A DNA stretch of 47,039 bases from Candidatus Limnocylindria bacterium (lineage in GTDB: Bacteria; Chloroflexota; Limnocylindria; QHBO01). Both the position numbers and the translations under genes were made by a program. The stretch spans positions 1-47,039 of the forward strand of contig JBKJVN010000109.1 of NCBI GenBank assembly GCA_046717345.1, read 5' to 3'. The notes beneath the pieces are model-generated. The model had not been told where the DNA came from. It saw nothing but the letters and a program-made list of their open reading frames with translations, and did not search any database. This document shows, piece by piece, positions 1 through 8,040 of this stretch; position 1 is the stretch's first letter; every line of letters starts with the position of its first letter.

Positions 1-227
1 GTCCAGGCCATCACCAGTGACGTCGGCGCGACGGCACCGGGGAGATTGAGGGCGCGGGTCGCCACCCCGGTGAGCAACCCAAGGAAAGCGGCAAGGAGCA
101 GGATCAGGATCACGGCCGGCTCAGGGGCCGCACCGGAGCCCTGAACGAGACGCACCAGGCCCTGCTGGATGACCGCCACCAGCCCAGCCAGCAGGATCGT
201 CAGGAGCACGGCTCGAGCGCCTCTCAC
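1..227 (-). CDS. partial hydrophobic membrane protein (3' end runs off the window start)
   Basis: Absent from the ORF track because there is no stop in the window. The reverse complement reads GTG at 227..225 (GTGA overlap with the murC stop). It then translates as VRGARAVLLTILLAGLVAVIQQGLVRLVQGSGAAPEPAVILILLLAAFLGLLTGVATRAL..., giving two hydrophobic helices. A GGGGAGAGG purine tract lies upstream. Confidence 0.35.
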   Translation of the reverse strand, partial: MRGARAVLLTILLAGLVAVIQQGLVRLVQGSGAAPEPAVILILLLAAFLGLLTGVATRALNLPGAVAPTSLVMAW

Positions 228-1636
228 GACCTCTCCCCCGCCGGGCGAGCGTTCAGAGAAGCGGCTATTTCAGCGGCGATTTTGTAGCTGGTTCCGATCC
301 CCAGCGTGACCACCGCATCCCCCGATCGCACGTGGTCGGCAACGTAGGAGGCGGTCTCGTGGATGTCCCCCGTCGCGATGGCGGGCACCGCTGACCGTTC
401 CTCGATGGCATCGGCCAGCTCCTCGGAGCTCACGATGGTCGTGTCCGGATCGCGGGCCGCGAAAACATCGGCCACCACGACCTCATCGGCGGATCGAAAG
501 GCCTCCGCGTAGTCCTGGAACATGGCTCGTGTGCGCGCGTACGTGTGCGGCTCGATCACGGCCCACAGGCGCCGGCCGCCAACGCGCTGTCGCGCGCCCG
601 CGAGCGCGGCCCGCACCTCGGTCGGATGGTGGGCGTAGTCGTCGAAAACCAGCACCCCGGCAGTATCCGCGATCAGCTCCAGGCGCCGAGAGGGCCCGCT
701 GAAGCCCTCCAGACCGCTTTTGAGGGCCTGTGGGTCGATTCCCAGCTCTCGGGCCATCACGAGCGCACCAACCGCATTCAGGACGTTGTGGGCGCCGGCC
801 AGGCGCGATCGGTACCGAAGGCCGAACAGGTCGAAGCTGGTGCCATCCTTATCGAAGCCGATGTCGGTTGCCGCGATTTCGGTTCCTGGGCCATACCGGA
901 CAAGGCGGCCGTCCCAGTCGCCCAGGTGCTCCAGGACCGCATCGGTCCCTCGATCCCCCGCCAAAGCAACCAGGAGCTTGCCCCCAACCCGCTCATCGGT
1001 GCTCATACCACCGAGGAACCGAGCGAACATCTCGAACACGGCCTCCTCGTCGGCGAAGACGTCCGGATGGTCCATCTCGATGGTCGTCAGCAGGACCGCC
1101 GCGGGGTGCAGGTGGAGGAAGTTGCCGTCGTATTCGTCGGCCTCGCCCACGAACTCCGCTCCCCCACCCACCCGAGCGGAGGCTCCCCAGGCAGGGACCA
1201 GGGCGCCGATTTCCACCGTTGGGTCGCGACCGGCGTCGATCAGCAGGTGGCCCAGGAGGGCGGTGGCGGTGGACTTCCCGTGGGTGCCGGCGACGGCCAC
1301 CCCGAGGTGACCCCGCTCCCCCATCAGCTCGCCCAGGATGGCCTGCCAGGCCACGACCGGGATGTCGCGATCGCCGGCGGCGACCAGCTCCGGCAGGTCG
1401 GGCTGGAGGCGGAGCGCGGCGCTCACGGCCACTCGGTCGACTCCCTCCAGGTGAGCCGGATCGTGCCCGGTCGCAACCGCCACGCCGAGTGCGGTCAGTG
1501 GCTCGGTGTAGGCCGAGGGGCCAGCCGCATCGCAGCCGTCAACCTGCGCCTTGGCGTGCGCCGCGAGCAGGGCCGTCCCTGCGGCCCCGGCGCCGGAGAT
1601 GCCAATGACGTGGATCCGCTCGCCGGGCCGAACCAT
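224..1636 (-). CDS. murC: UDP-N-acetylmuramate--L-alanine ligase (Mur ligase family, MurC/Mpl type)
   Basis: ORF 224..2068 trimmed to MVRPGERIHVIGISGAGAAG (Rossmann N-terminus). The start shares one base with the cinA stop (TGATG). It has the Mur ligase P-loop AGTHGKSTATALL and the DDYAHHPTEV motif. Confidence 0.8.
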   Translation of the reverse strand: MVRPGERIHVIGISGAGAAGTALLAAHAKAQVDGCDAAGPSAYTEPLTALGVAVATGHDPAHLEGVDRVAVSAALRLQPDLPELVAAGDRDIPVVAWQAILGELMGERGHLGVAVAGTHGKSTATALLGHLLIDAGRDPTVEIGALVPAWGASARVGGGAEFVGEADEYDGNFLHLHPAAVLLTTIEMDHPDVFADEEAVFEMFARFLGGMSTDERVGGKLLVALAGDRGTDAVLEHLGDWDGRLVRYGPGTEIAATDIGFDKDGTSFDLFGLRYRSRLAGAHNVLNAVGALVMARELGIDPQALKSGLEGFSGPSRRLELIADTAGVLVFDDYAHHPTEVRAALAGARQRVGGRRLWAVIEPHTYARTRAMFQDYAEAFRSADEVVVADVFAARDPDTTIVSSEELADAIEERSAVPAIATGDIHETASYVADHVRSGDAVVTLGIGTSYKIAAEIAASLNARPAGERS

Positions 1637-2139
1637 CAGCCGGCTTCGATCTCTCGTATCGCCAACTCCAGGGCGGCCAGCGCGGCCTCGGCCTTGTTGC
1701 CCTCGCGGTCGCGGGTGTACACGTGGCGCTCCACGGTGGCCGGATGACCACGCCTGCAAGCGGCCACGTAGTGGAGGCCGATCGGCTTGGCCGTGCCTCC
1801 GGCATCCGGCCCGGCGATCCCGGTCACGGCCACCGCCAGGTCGGTATCGAATCGGCTCCTTACACCCTCGGCCATGGCCTCCGCCACCTCGGCGCTCACC
1901 GCGCCATGGGCGACGATCAGGTCCTCCGGGACCCCGAGCTGCAACGACTTGGCCAGATTCGAATAGGCGATCACCCCGCCCAGGTAGTAGCGGCTGGCGC
2001 CCTGAACCATCGTGATGGCGTGCCCGATGAGGCCCCCCGTGGACGACTCCGCGCTGCTGAGTGTCCATTCGCCGGCCAGGAGTGCCGCGGCCAGGCGGTT
2101 GGCAGCCGCGGCGAGGTCACGGTCTTCAAGTGCAGTCAT
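1636..2139 (-). CDS. cinA: CinA-family protein / nicotinamide-nucleotide amidohydrolase (PncC-like)
   Basis: SAESSTGGLIGHAITMVQGASRYYLGGVIAYSNLAK...AVAVTGIAGPDAGGTAKPIGLHYVA is typical of the CinA C-terminal domain. Confidence 0.85.
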   Translation of the reverse strand: MTALEDRDLAAAANRLAAALLAGEWTLSSAESSTGGLIGHAITMVQGASRYYLGGVIAYSNLAKSLQLGVPEDLIVAHGAVSAEVAEAMAEGVRSRFDTDLAVAVTGIAGPDAGGTAKPIGLHYVAACRRGHPATVERHVYTRDREGNKAEAALAALELAIREIEAG

Positions 2140-2149
2140 CCGGCCTCGG

Positions 2150-2638
2150 TCATCGGTAGTTGATGAACTGGAGGGCGACCGGGTAGTCCAGCGCGCGCAG
2201 GTCGGCGATCACGGCCTGGAGCAGGTCCTTTTTGGGAGCCGACACCCGGAGCGCGTCACCCTGGATCGAGACCTTGACCTTGGGGAACTGCTCGCGCACG
2301 TGGCGCGAGAGCTCGCGCCCCTGCTCGGCGTTCAACCCTTTTCGAAGGCCGATGACCTGGCGCACAGTACCGCCCGCGGCAGGCTCCAGCTTGCCCCAGT
2401 CGAAGATCTTCAGCGACAGTCCGCGCCGGACGGCCTTGGTCTGCACCAGGTCCTTGACCGCCGCCGCCCGGAACTCGTCATCCGCAACCAGGGTGACCTC
2501 GGCCTTGCCCAGCTCGAGGCTGGATTTGCTCCCCTTGAAGTCGTACCGGGTCGCGATCTCGCGCCGGACCTGGTCGAGGGCGTTGACCAGCTCTTGCTGG
2601 TCGAAGTCGCTGACCACGTCGAACGAGAAGTCGGCCAT
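2150..2638 (-). CDS. yajQ: YajQ family nucleotide-binding protein (UPF0234)
   Basis: MADFSFDVVSDFDQQELVNALDQVRREIATRYDFKGSKS is the canonical YajQ N-terminus. Length is 162 aa. Confidence 0.9.
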   Translation of the reverse strand: MADFSFDVVSDFDQQELVNALDQVRREIATRYDFKGSKSSLELGKAEVTLVADDEFRAAAVKDLVQTKAVRRGLSLKIFDWGKLEPAAGGTVRQVIGLRKGLNAEQGRELSRHVREQFPKVKVSIQGDALRVSAPKKDLLQAVIADLRALDYPVALQFINYR

Positions 2639-2669
2639 GCGTCCCTATCTTGCCGTATCGGTTCGGCGC

Positions 2670-3410
2670 TTATGGTGCCGGCGGCGACGGCGAACCGAGG
2701 CCGGGACTGCCACTGGGCGCGGGCGTCCGGGTGTCCAGGGTGACCGTGATGGTGCGGCGCACGGGGTCCGACGAACGCCCGGTGACGGGATCGGTCGCGA
2801 CCAGGGTGATCACGTTCGAGCCGGGCACGAGCTTGACCCGGATCGTGAACAGTCCGCTGGCGGACGCCGTGGAGGTGGGGTTCTCGCGCAGCCCATCCAC
2901 GGCAATCTGCGCGTCGGGAACGGTCTCCCCGCGCAGCACGTACGAGGTGCCGGCGAAGGCGGCCAGGTCAGTGGCCGGATCGGTCACGGTCAGATCGGGC
3001 GTGGCCGCGAACGTCAGGAACTGGTAGGCCAGGTAGCCCACGAACGCGATCACGAGCACGATCAGGCCCACCGTGGCTACCCGGGTAGGGGTGAGGATCA
3101 GGGCGCCGCCGCGACGGACATCGATCGGACGCAGCGGCGTGACGGCCGCCCGCGGAGCGTCCTCCGAGGTAGCCTCTAGGCGGTAGAGGTCAAGGCACAG
3201 CTCGGGGTCCAGGCCCAGGTACAGGGCGTAGTTGCGGACGAAGCCGCGGGTGTAGACCGGGCTCGGGAGGTCCCGATAGTCACCCTGCTCCAGGGCAACC
3301 AGGTAGCGGGTCCGGATCCGTGTCTCGCGCTCGGCGCGGGCCAGGTCCCAGCGCTTGGCCTCGCGGGCCGCCCGGAGCGTGTGCCCCAGGGTGCGGCCGC
3401 CGTGGGTCAT
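2670..3410 (-). CDS. RodZ-like helix-turn-helix membrane protein
   Basis: It has an N-terminal HTH (LGHTLRAAREAKRWDLARAERETRIRTRYLVALEQGDYRDLPSPVYTRGFVRNYALYLGLD). This is followed by one TM helix (VATVGLIVLVIAFVGYLAYQF) and an extracytoplasmic beta-rich tail. ATGA overlap with the ftsK stop. Confidence 0.7.
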   Translation of the reverse strand: MTHGGRTLGHTLRAAREAKRWDLARAERETRIRTRYLVALEQGDYRDLPSPVYTRGFVRNYALYLGLDPELCLDLYRLEATSEDAPRAAVTPLRPIDVRRGGALILTPTRVATVGLIVLVIAFVGYLAYQFLTFAATPDLTVTDPATDLAAFAGTSYVLRGETVPDAQIAVDGLRENPTSTASASGLFTIRVKLVPGSNVITLVATDPVTGRSSDPVRRTITVTLDTRTPAPSGSPGLGSPSPPAP

Positions 3411-5689
3411 GCCTCATCCTCACCCGGCCCGATCTCCCCGCCCCACCCGTCGGGCGTCATGAGCACCTCACGGAAGCGGCTGCCGTCAGCCGGGCCCACG
3501 ATGCCCCGATCCTCCATCTGGTCCAGGATGCGGGCCGCTCGGGCATATCCGACCCGCAGCCGGCGCTGGAGCAGCGAGGCCGACGCCTTGTCCGAGCGGC
3601 GCACGACGTCGATCGCCTGCTGGAGCAGCGGGTCGGCATCGGCGTCCTCGCCCGATCCATCGGCGCTCCGGCCATCCCGCTTGGCGGCCGTGATCTCGGT
3701 CCGATAGCGGGGCGCGCCCTGGGCCCGCCAGAAGCGGGCCAGCTTCTCGATCTCGGGATCGGTGACCAGGACGCCCTGGAGTCGCACGCCACGCGGCGAG
3801 TCGATGGGCAGGTACAGCATGTCGCCGCGGCCCAGCAGGTCCTCGGCGCCGACCGCGTCCAGGATGGTGCGGCTGTCCACGCCGCTGGTCATGGCGAACG
3901 CGATGCGCGACGGGATGTTGGCCTTGATCAATCCGGTGACGACCTGGACCGATGGGCGCTGGGTGGCGACCACCAGGTGGATGCCGGTCGCCCGCGCCAG
4001 CTGGGCGATGCGGGTGACGGTGGCCTCGACCTCGTAGGCGCTCATCATCATCAGGTCGGCCAGCTCGTCGATCACGACGATGATGTACGGCATCCGGGCC
4101 TCGTCGGCGCGCAGCTCGGCGTTGTAGCCGGCGATGTTCCGTACCCCGCGCTGGGCGAACTCGTGGTAGCGGCTCTCCATGGTCCCCACCGTCCATTTCA
4201 GCGCGTTGACCGCCTTGTCGGTGTCGACGATGACCTCGGTCAACAGGTGCGGCAGGCCGCGGTACTGCGCCAGCTCGACGCGCTTGGGGTCGATGAGGAT
4301 GAGCTTCACCTCGTCCGGCCGGTTGCGCATGACCAGCGAACAGATGAGCGCGTTGACGCACACGCTCTTGCCCGATCCGGTGGCCCCGGCGATGAGCAGG
4401 TGCGGCATGCGCGACAGGTCCGCGGCCACCGGCTGGCCGGCCACGTCCTGGCCCAACGCGAAGGCCAGGTCGCCCTCGCTGGCGACCTGCTGGAACGCCT
4501 TCGAGCCGAGGACCTCCTTGAGGGTCACCAGGTCGAAGGCCGCGTTCGGGATCTCGACACCGACGTAGGGCTCGCCGGGGATGGGCGCCTCGATCCGGAT
4601 CGAGCGCGCGGACAGAGCGAGGGCCAGGTTGTCGGCCAGCCCCTGGATCCGCGACAGCTTGATCCCGGGCTCCACGTCGAGCGCGTACTGGGTTACGACG
4701 GGGCCTTCCTGGATGCGGGCGACCTTTACGCCGATATCAAAGCTGGCCAGCGTTTGGCGGATGAGCTGTCCCTTGGCCGTGAGGTCCATCTGTGCCGGCC
4801 CGTTGCCCGGCGCATCGGCCAGCAGGCCAAGGTCCGGCAGGATCCAGCTCTGGGCCGCTCGTTCGAGTGCCGCGTCAGCCGCCTCCCGCTCTCCCACCTC
4901 GGCCAGGTGGGCGGTCTCGCCGGATTGCAGCCCGCCGTGGGTCAGACTCTCTTCGTCCAGCACCGCCACGCCCCCGCCGGGTAGCGCGCCCGCCGCAGCT
5001 GTTGCAAGTGCCGGCTCGGGACGTTGTCGCCGGAGGATGACGGGCGGCTCGTCCGCGGCGGAGCTGCGCCCGGGAGGCGACATGCCCGGCCCCGTGGCTG
5101 CCCGGGCGCTTGCCGCCGCGGCGGCCGCCGGGCCGACCTCCCGACCATGGGACCAGGCCGCGAACACGTCTCCGATGGTCATGTTGAAGAACAGGAGGAA
5201 TCCCACCACCAGGAGCAGGAACAGGACGACGGCTGCGCCTGCGCTGCCGAGCAGGATGACGAGTGGGGCACACACCAGGGTGCCGATGACGCCTCCCCCA
5301 TCCCCCGTCGGGACAAGGGCGCCGGGGCCGCCTACCGCAAGCTGGAAGATCCCCTGCAACGACAGGGTGACGAGCACCACGCCGAGGGCCGAGATGATCC
5401 GTTCGGTGGGCACCGAGCGCATCCAGAGCATGACCGCGAAGAGCAGCAGCAGCGCGGGCGCGAAGAAGAACCCCCACCCGAGCAGGGTCTTCAGGAAGTC
5501 GCGCCACAGGGTCACCCCGGCTGCCGCGTCGGGGGTAACGAGGGCCAGAAGCGACACCAGGGCCAACACGACGAGGCCCAGAGCGCCTGCCTCGCGGACG
5601 ACCCGGCGGCTGATGCGCAGGCCCGTGTTGGCGGCTCGTCGAGCCCGTTTCTGTCGGCGAGACCGCGACCTCGATCGTGCCTTGGCCAT
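3407..5689 (-). CDS. ftsK: DNA translocase FtsK/SpoIIIE
   Basis: N-terminal TM helices, Walker A IAGATGSGKSV, the VVIDELADLMM box and a C-terminal winged-helix gamma domain (ASASLLQRRLRVGYARAARILDQME). Confidence 0.95.
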   Translation of the reverse strand: MAKARSRSRSRRQKRARRAANTGLRISRRVVREAGALGLVVLALVSLLALVTPDAAAGVTLWRDFLKTLLGWGFFFAPALLLLFAVMLWMRSVPTERIISALGVVLVTLSLQGIFQLAVGGPGALVPTGDGGGVIGTLVCAPLVILLGSAGAAVVLFLLLVVGFLLFFNMTIGDVFAAWSHGREVGPAAAAAASARAATGPGMSPPGRSSAADEPPVILRRQRPEPALATAAAGALPGGGVAVLDEESLTHGGLQSGETAHLAEVGEREAADAALERAAQSWILPDLGLLADAPGNGPAQMDLTAKGQLIRQTLASFDIGVKVARIQEGPVVTQYALDVEPGIKLSRIQGLADNLALALSARSIRIEAPIPGEPYVGVEIPNAAFDLVTLKEVLGSKAFQQVASEGDLAFALGQDVAGQPVAADLSRMPHLLIAGATGSGKSVCVNALICSLVMRNRPDEVKLILIDPKRVELAQYRGLPHLLTEVIVDTDKAVNALKWTVGTMESRYHEFAQRGVRNIAGYNAELRADEARMPYIIVVIDELADLMMMSAYEVEATVTRIAQLARATGIHLVVATQRPSVQVVTGLIKANIPSRIAFAMTSGVDSRTILDAVGAEDLLGRGDMLYLPIDSPRGVRLQGVLVTDPEIEKLARFWRAQGAPRYRTEITAAKRDGRSADGSGEDADADPLLQQAIDVVRRSDKASASLLQRRLRVGYARAARILDQMEDRGIVGPADGSRFREVLMTPDGWGGEIGPGEDEA

Positions 5690-5695
5690 CGGGGC

Positions 5696-7357
5696 TCAGA
5701 CCTCCAGCACGATGGGCAGGATCATGGGACGGCGGTGGGTTTTCTCGTAGAAGAACCGGCTGAGGACGTCGTGGATCTTGGTCTTCAGGTAGCCCGGCTC
5801 CGCCCCATGCCCGTCTCCCCCCTTGTTCAGCTCAGCGGCCAGGTGCGCCCGCGCCTCCTCCAGCAGGGGGTCTTCGGGATCGGGCAGGAAGCCGCGACCG
5901 ATGATGTCCGGACCCCCGACCGTGCGTCCGGTGGCCGTGGCCACCGTCAGCGCGACCATGACGACCCCGTCGCTGGCCAGTGCCCGGCGGTCGCGGAGGA
6001 TGACTCCGTCCACGCCATCCACCGCGGCCAGGCCATCGACCAGCACCGCTCCCGCCGTCACGCTCCCCGCCAAACGGGCGACGCGACCGTCGAATTCGAC
6101 CACCTGGCCATTCTGCAGGACGAATATGCGGTCCACCGCCACGCCGGCGCCCTCAGCCAGCAGGGCGTGCTGGACGAGCATCCGGTACTCCCCGTGGATC
6201 GGGATGAAGTGGCGCGGCTTGGCGAGGCCGAGCATGAGCTTCAGCTCCTCGCGCGAGCCGTGGCCGGACACGTGACAGTGGGTGACAGGCTCGTAATGGA
6301 CCATCGCCCCCTCCTTGAAGAGGTTGTCGATGGTCCGCGCCACCGCTTCCTCGTTGCCCGGGATGGGCGAGGCGGACACGATCACCGTGTCACCGGGCAC
6401 GATCGTGATGTTCCGATGGTCACGGCTGCTCATCCGGGTCAGCCCGGACATCGGTTCGCCCTGGGAGCCGGTGGTCACCACCACCAGTTCCGATGGATCG
6501 ATGCGCTCCAGCTGGTTCTTGGCGACCACGGTCCCGTCCCGCCCGTCGAGATACCCCAGCTCGGTGGCGATGGCGGCGTTCTGCTCCATGCTGCGACCCA
6601 GCAAGACGACCTTGCGCCCGTGCTCGGCCGCGGCGTCGATGGCCTGCTGCACGCGCCCGATGTTCGAGGCGAAGGTGGCCATGATGACGCGCCCCTCGGC
6701 CGCCCCGATCAGTTGGCGCAGGGACTCGCCGACGGTGGCCTCCGACAGCGTGTAGCCGTCACGCTCGGCGCGGGTCGAGTCGGACAGCAGGAAGTCGACG
6801 CCCTGGCGCCCCCACTCGGCGATGAGGCCCAGGTCGGCCCGCGTCCCGTCGGGCGGGGTGTGGTCGAACTTGAAGTCCCCGGTATGGATGATCGTGCCCC
6901 GCGCGTGGCGGATCGCGAAGCCGACCCCACCCGGGATCGAGTGGTTGACGCGGAACGGCGTCACCCGGAATGCGCCGACCGCGAACTCCGTTCCGGGCTC
7001 CACCTCGTGCAGCGTGGTGGCGCCCATGAGCTTGTGCTCGCGCAGCTTCCCGGTGACCAGGCCGATGGTGAGCTTGGTGGCATAGATCGGGGTGCCGGAC
7101 AGGCGGGGCAGGACGTAGGGCAGGCCGCCGGTGTGGTCCTCGTGGCCGTGGGTCAGGAGGATGCCGCGTACCGCGTCCCGGCGCTCGGCCAGGTACGTCG
7201 CGTCAGGGACCACGAGGTCGATCCCGAGCATCTCGGGTTCGGGAAAGGCCAGCCCGCAGTCGACGACCACGATCTCGTCATCGGCTTCGATGGCGGTGAT
7301 GTTCTTGCCCACCTCGCCGACGCCGCCCAGGGGGATGATTCGGAGCGTGCCTGGCAT
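5696..7357 (-). CDS. rnj: ribonuclease J
   Basis: Metallo-beta-lactamase/beta-CASP fold with the HGHEDHTGGLPYV motif. Length is 553 aa, typical of RNase J. Confidence 0.93.
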   Translation of the reverse strand: MPGTLRIIPLGGVGEVGKNITAIEADDEIVVVDCGLAFPEPEMLGIDLVVPDATYLAERRDAVRGILLTHGHEDHTGGLPYVLPRLSGTPIYATKLTIGLVTGKLREHKLMGATTLHEVEPGTEFAVGAFRVTPFRVNHSIPGGVGFAIRHARGTIIHTGDFKFDHTPPDGTRADLGLIAEWGRQGVDFLLSDSTRAERDGYTLSEATVGESLRQLIGAAEGRVIMATFASNIGRVQQAIDAAAEHGRKVVLLGRSMEQNAAIATELGYLDGRDGTVVAKNQLERIDPSELVVVTTGSQGEPMSGLTRMSSRDHRNITIVPGDTVIVSASPIPGNEEAVARTIDNLFKEGAMVHYEPVTHCHVSGHGSREELKLMLGLAKPRHFIPIHGEYRMLVQHALLAEGAGVAVDRIFVLQNGQVVEFDGRVARLAGSVTAGAVLVDGLAAVDGVDGVILRDRRALASDGVVMVALTVATATGRTVGGPDIIGRGFLPDPEDPLLEEARAHLAAELNKGGDGHGAEPGYLKTKIHDVLSRFFYEKTHRRPMILPIVLEV

Positions 7358-7365
7358 CGCGTCCT

Positions 7366-8025
7366 CTAGAACAGTGTCATCTGTCGTTCGTTGTCAACCC
7401 GGCTGAGCACCGGCGGTTCGGCCGGGGCCCTGGGAGCACCCTCTTCCCGCTCCGCCGCGAGGGCGTCGCGAGCTGCCAGCAGTGCCGCCGGCAGGCCACG
7501 GAAGTCGCGCGCCAGCGTTTCTCGAAGGGCGGACGACCGCAACGCGGCAGCCGGATGGTACATCGGCAGTACGAACCGCCCGCCTGCCCGCCGCAGCCGC
7601 CCGTGCACCTCGGAGATGCGCGCCTCGGGCAGATAACGCTGCAACGAATGCCGGCCCAGCGTCACCACCAGGACCGGGTCCAGGGCCTGCTCCTGGCGGT
7701 CGAGATAGGGCGAGCAGGCTTCGATCTCCGACGGTTCCGGGTCGCGGTTCCCCGGCGGCCGGCACTTCACCACGTTGGTGATGAACACGTCACTCCGCTG
7801 CCAGCCAATGGCCTGCAGCAGCTCCTCGAGCAGCTGCCCGGCCGGGCCCACGAAGGGCCGCCCGGTGGCGTCTTCGCGCTGGCCCGGACCCTCGCCCACC
7901 AACAACACGTCGCTGATCGCGTTCCCCTCGCCCGGTACGGCGAGCGTGCGCCCGGTCGCCAGCGGACAGCGGGTGCAGGCCCGGACCTCGGCCGCTACCG
8001 CGGCGAGATCGGCCTCCCCGCTCAT
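7366..8025 (-). CDS. udg: uracil-DNA glycosylase, family 4
   Basis: CTRCPL...[35 protein letters not shown] plus HPAAALR are family-4 UDG motifs. Confidence 0.85.
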   Translation of the reverse strand: MSGEADLAAVAAEVRACTRCPLATGRTLAVPGEGNAISDVLLVGEGPGQREDATGRPFVGPAGQLLEELLQAIGWQRSDVFITNVVKCRPPGNRDPEPSEIEACSPYLDRQEQALDPVLVVTLGRHSLQRYLPEARISEVHGRLRRAGGRFVLPMYHPAAALRSSALRETLARDFRGLPAALLAARDALAAEREEGAPRAPAEPPVLSRVDNERQMTLF

Positions 8026-8040
8026 CGGGGACGCCGGTGC

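Noticed and set aside
5024-7369. Very long antisense ORFs. Examples on the plus strand are 5024..7369 (781 aa), 7555..9309, 3320..4984, 14561..15937, 22012..23517, 32824..34323, 36239..37798 and 40986..41987. Several long alternative-frame ORFs also lie on the minus strand.
   Set aside because: They mirror confidently identified genes on the other strand or frame. Their composition is dominated by Arg, Pro, Gly and Ala, as expected for out-of-frame translation of GC-rich coding DNA. They carry no recognisable motifs. They are classic stop-codon-poor shadow ORFs.
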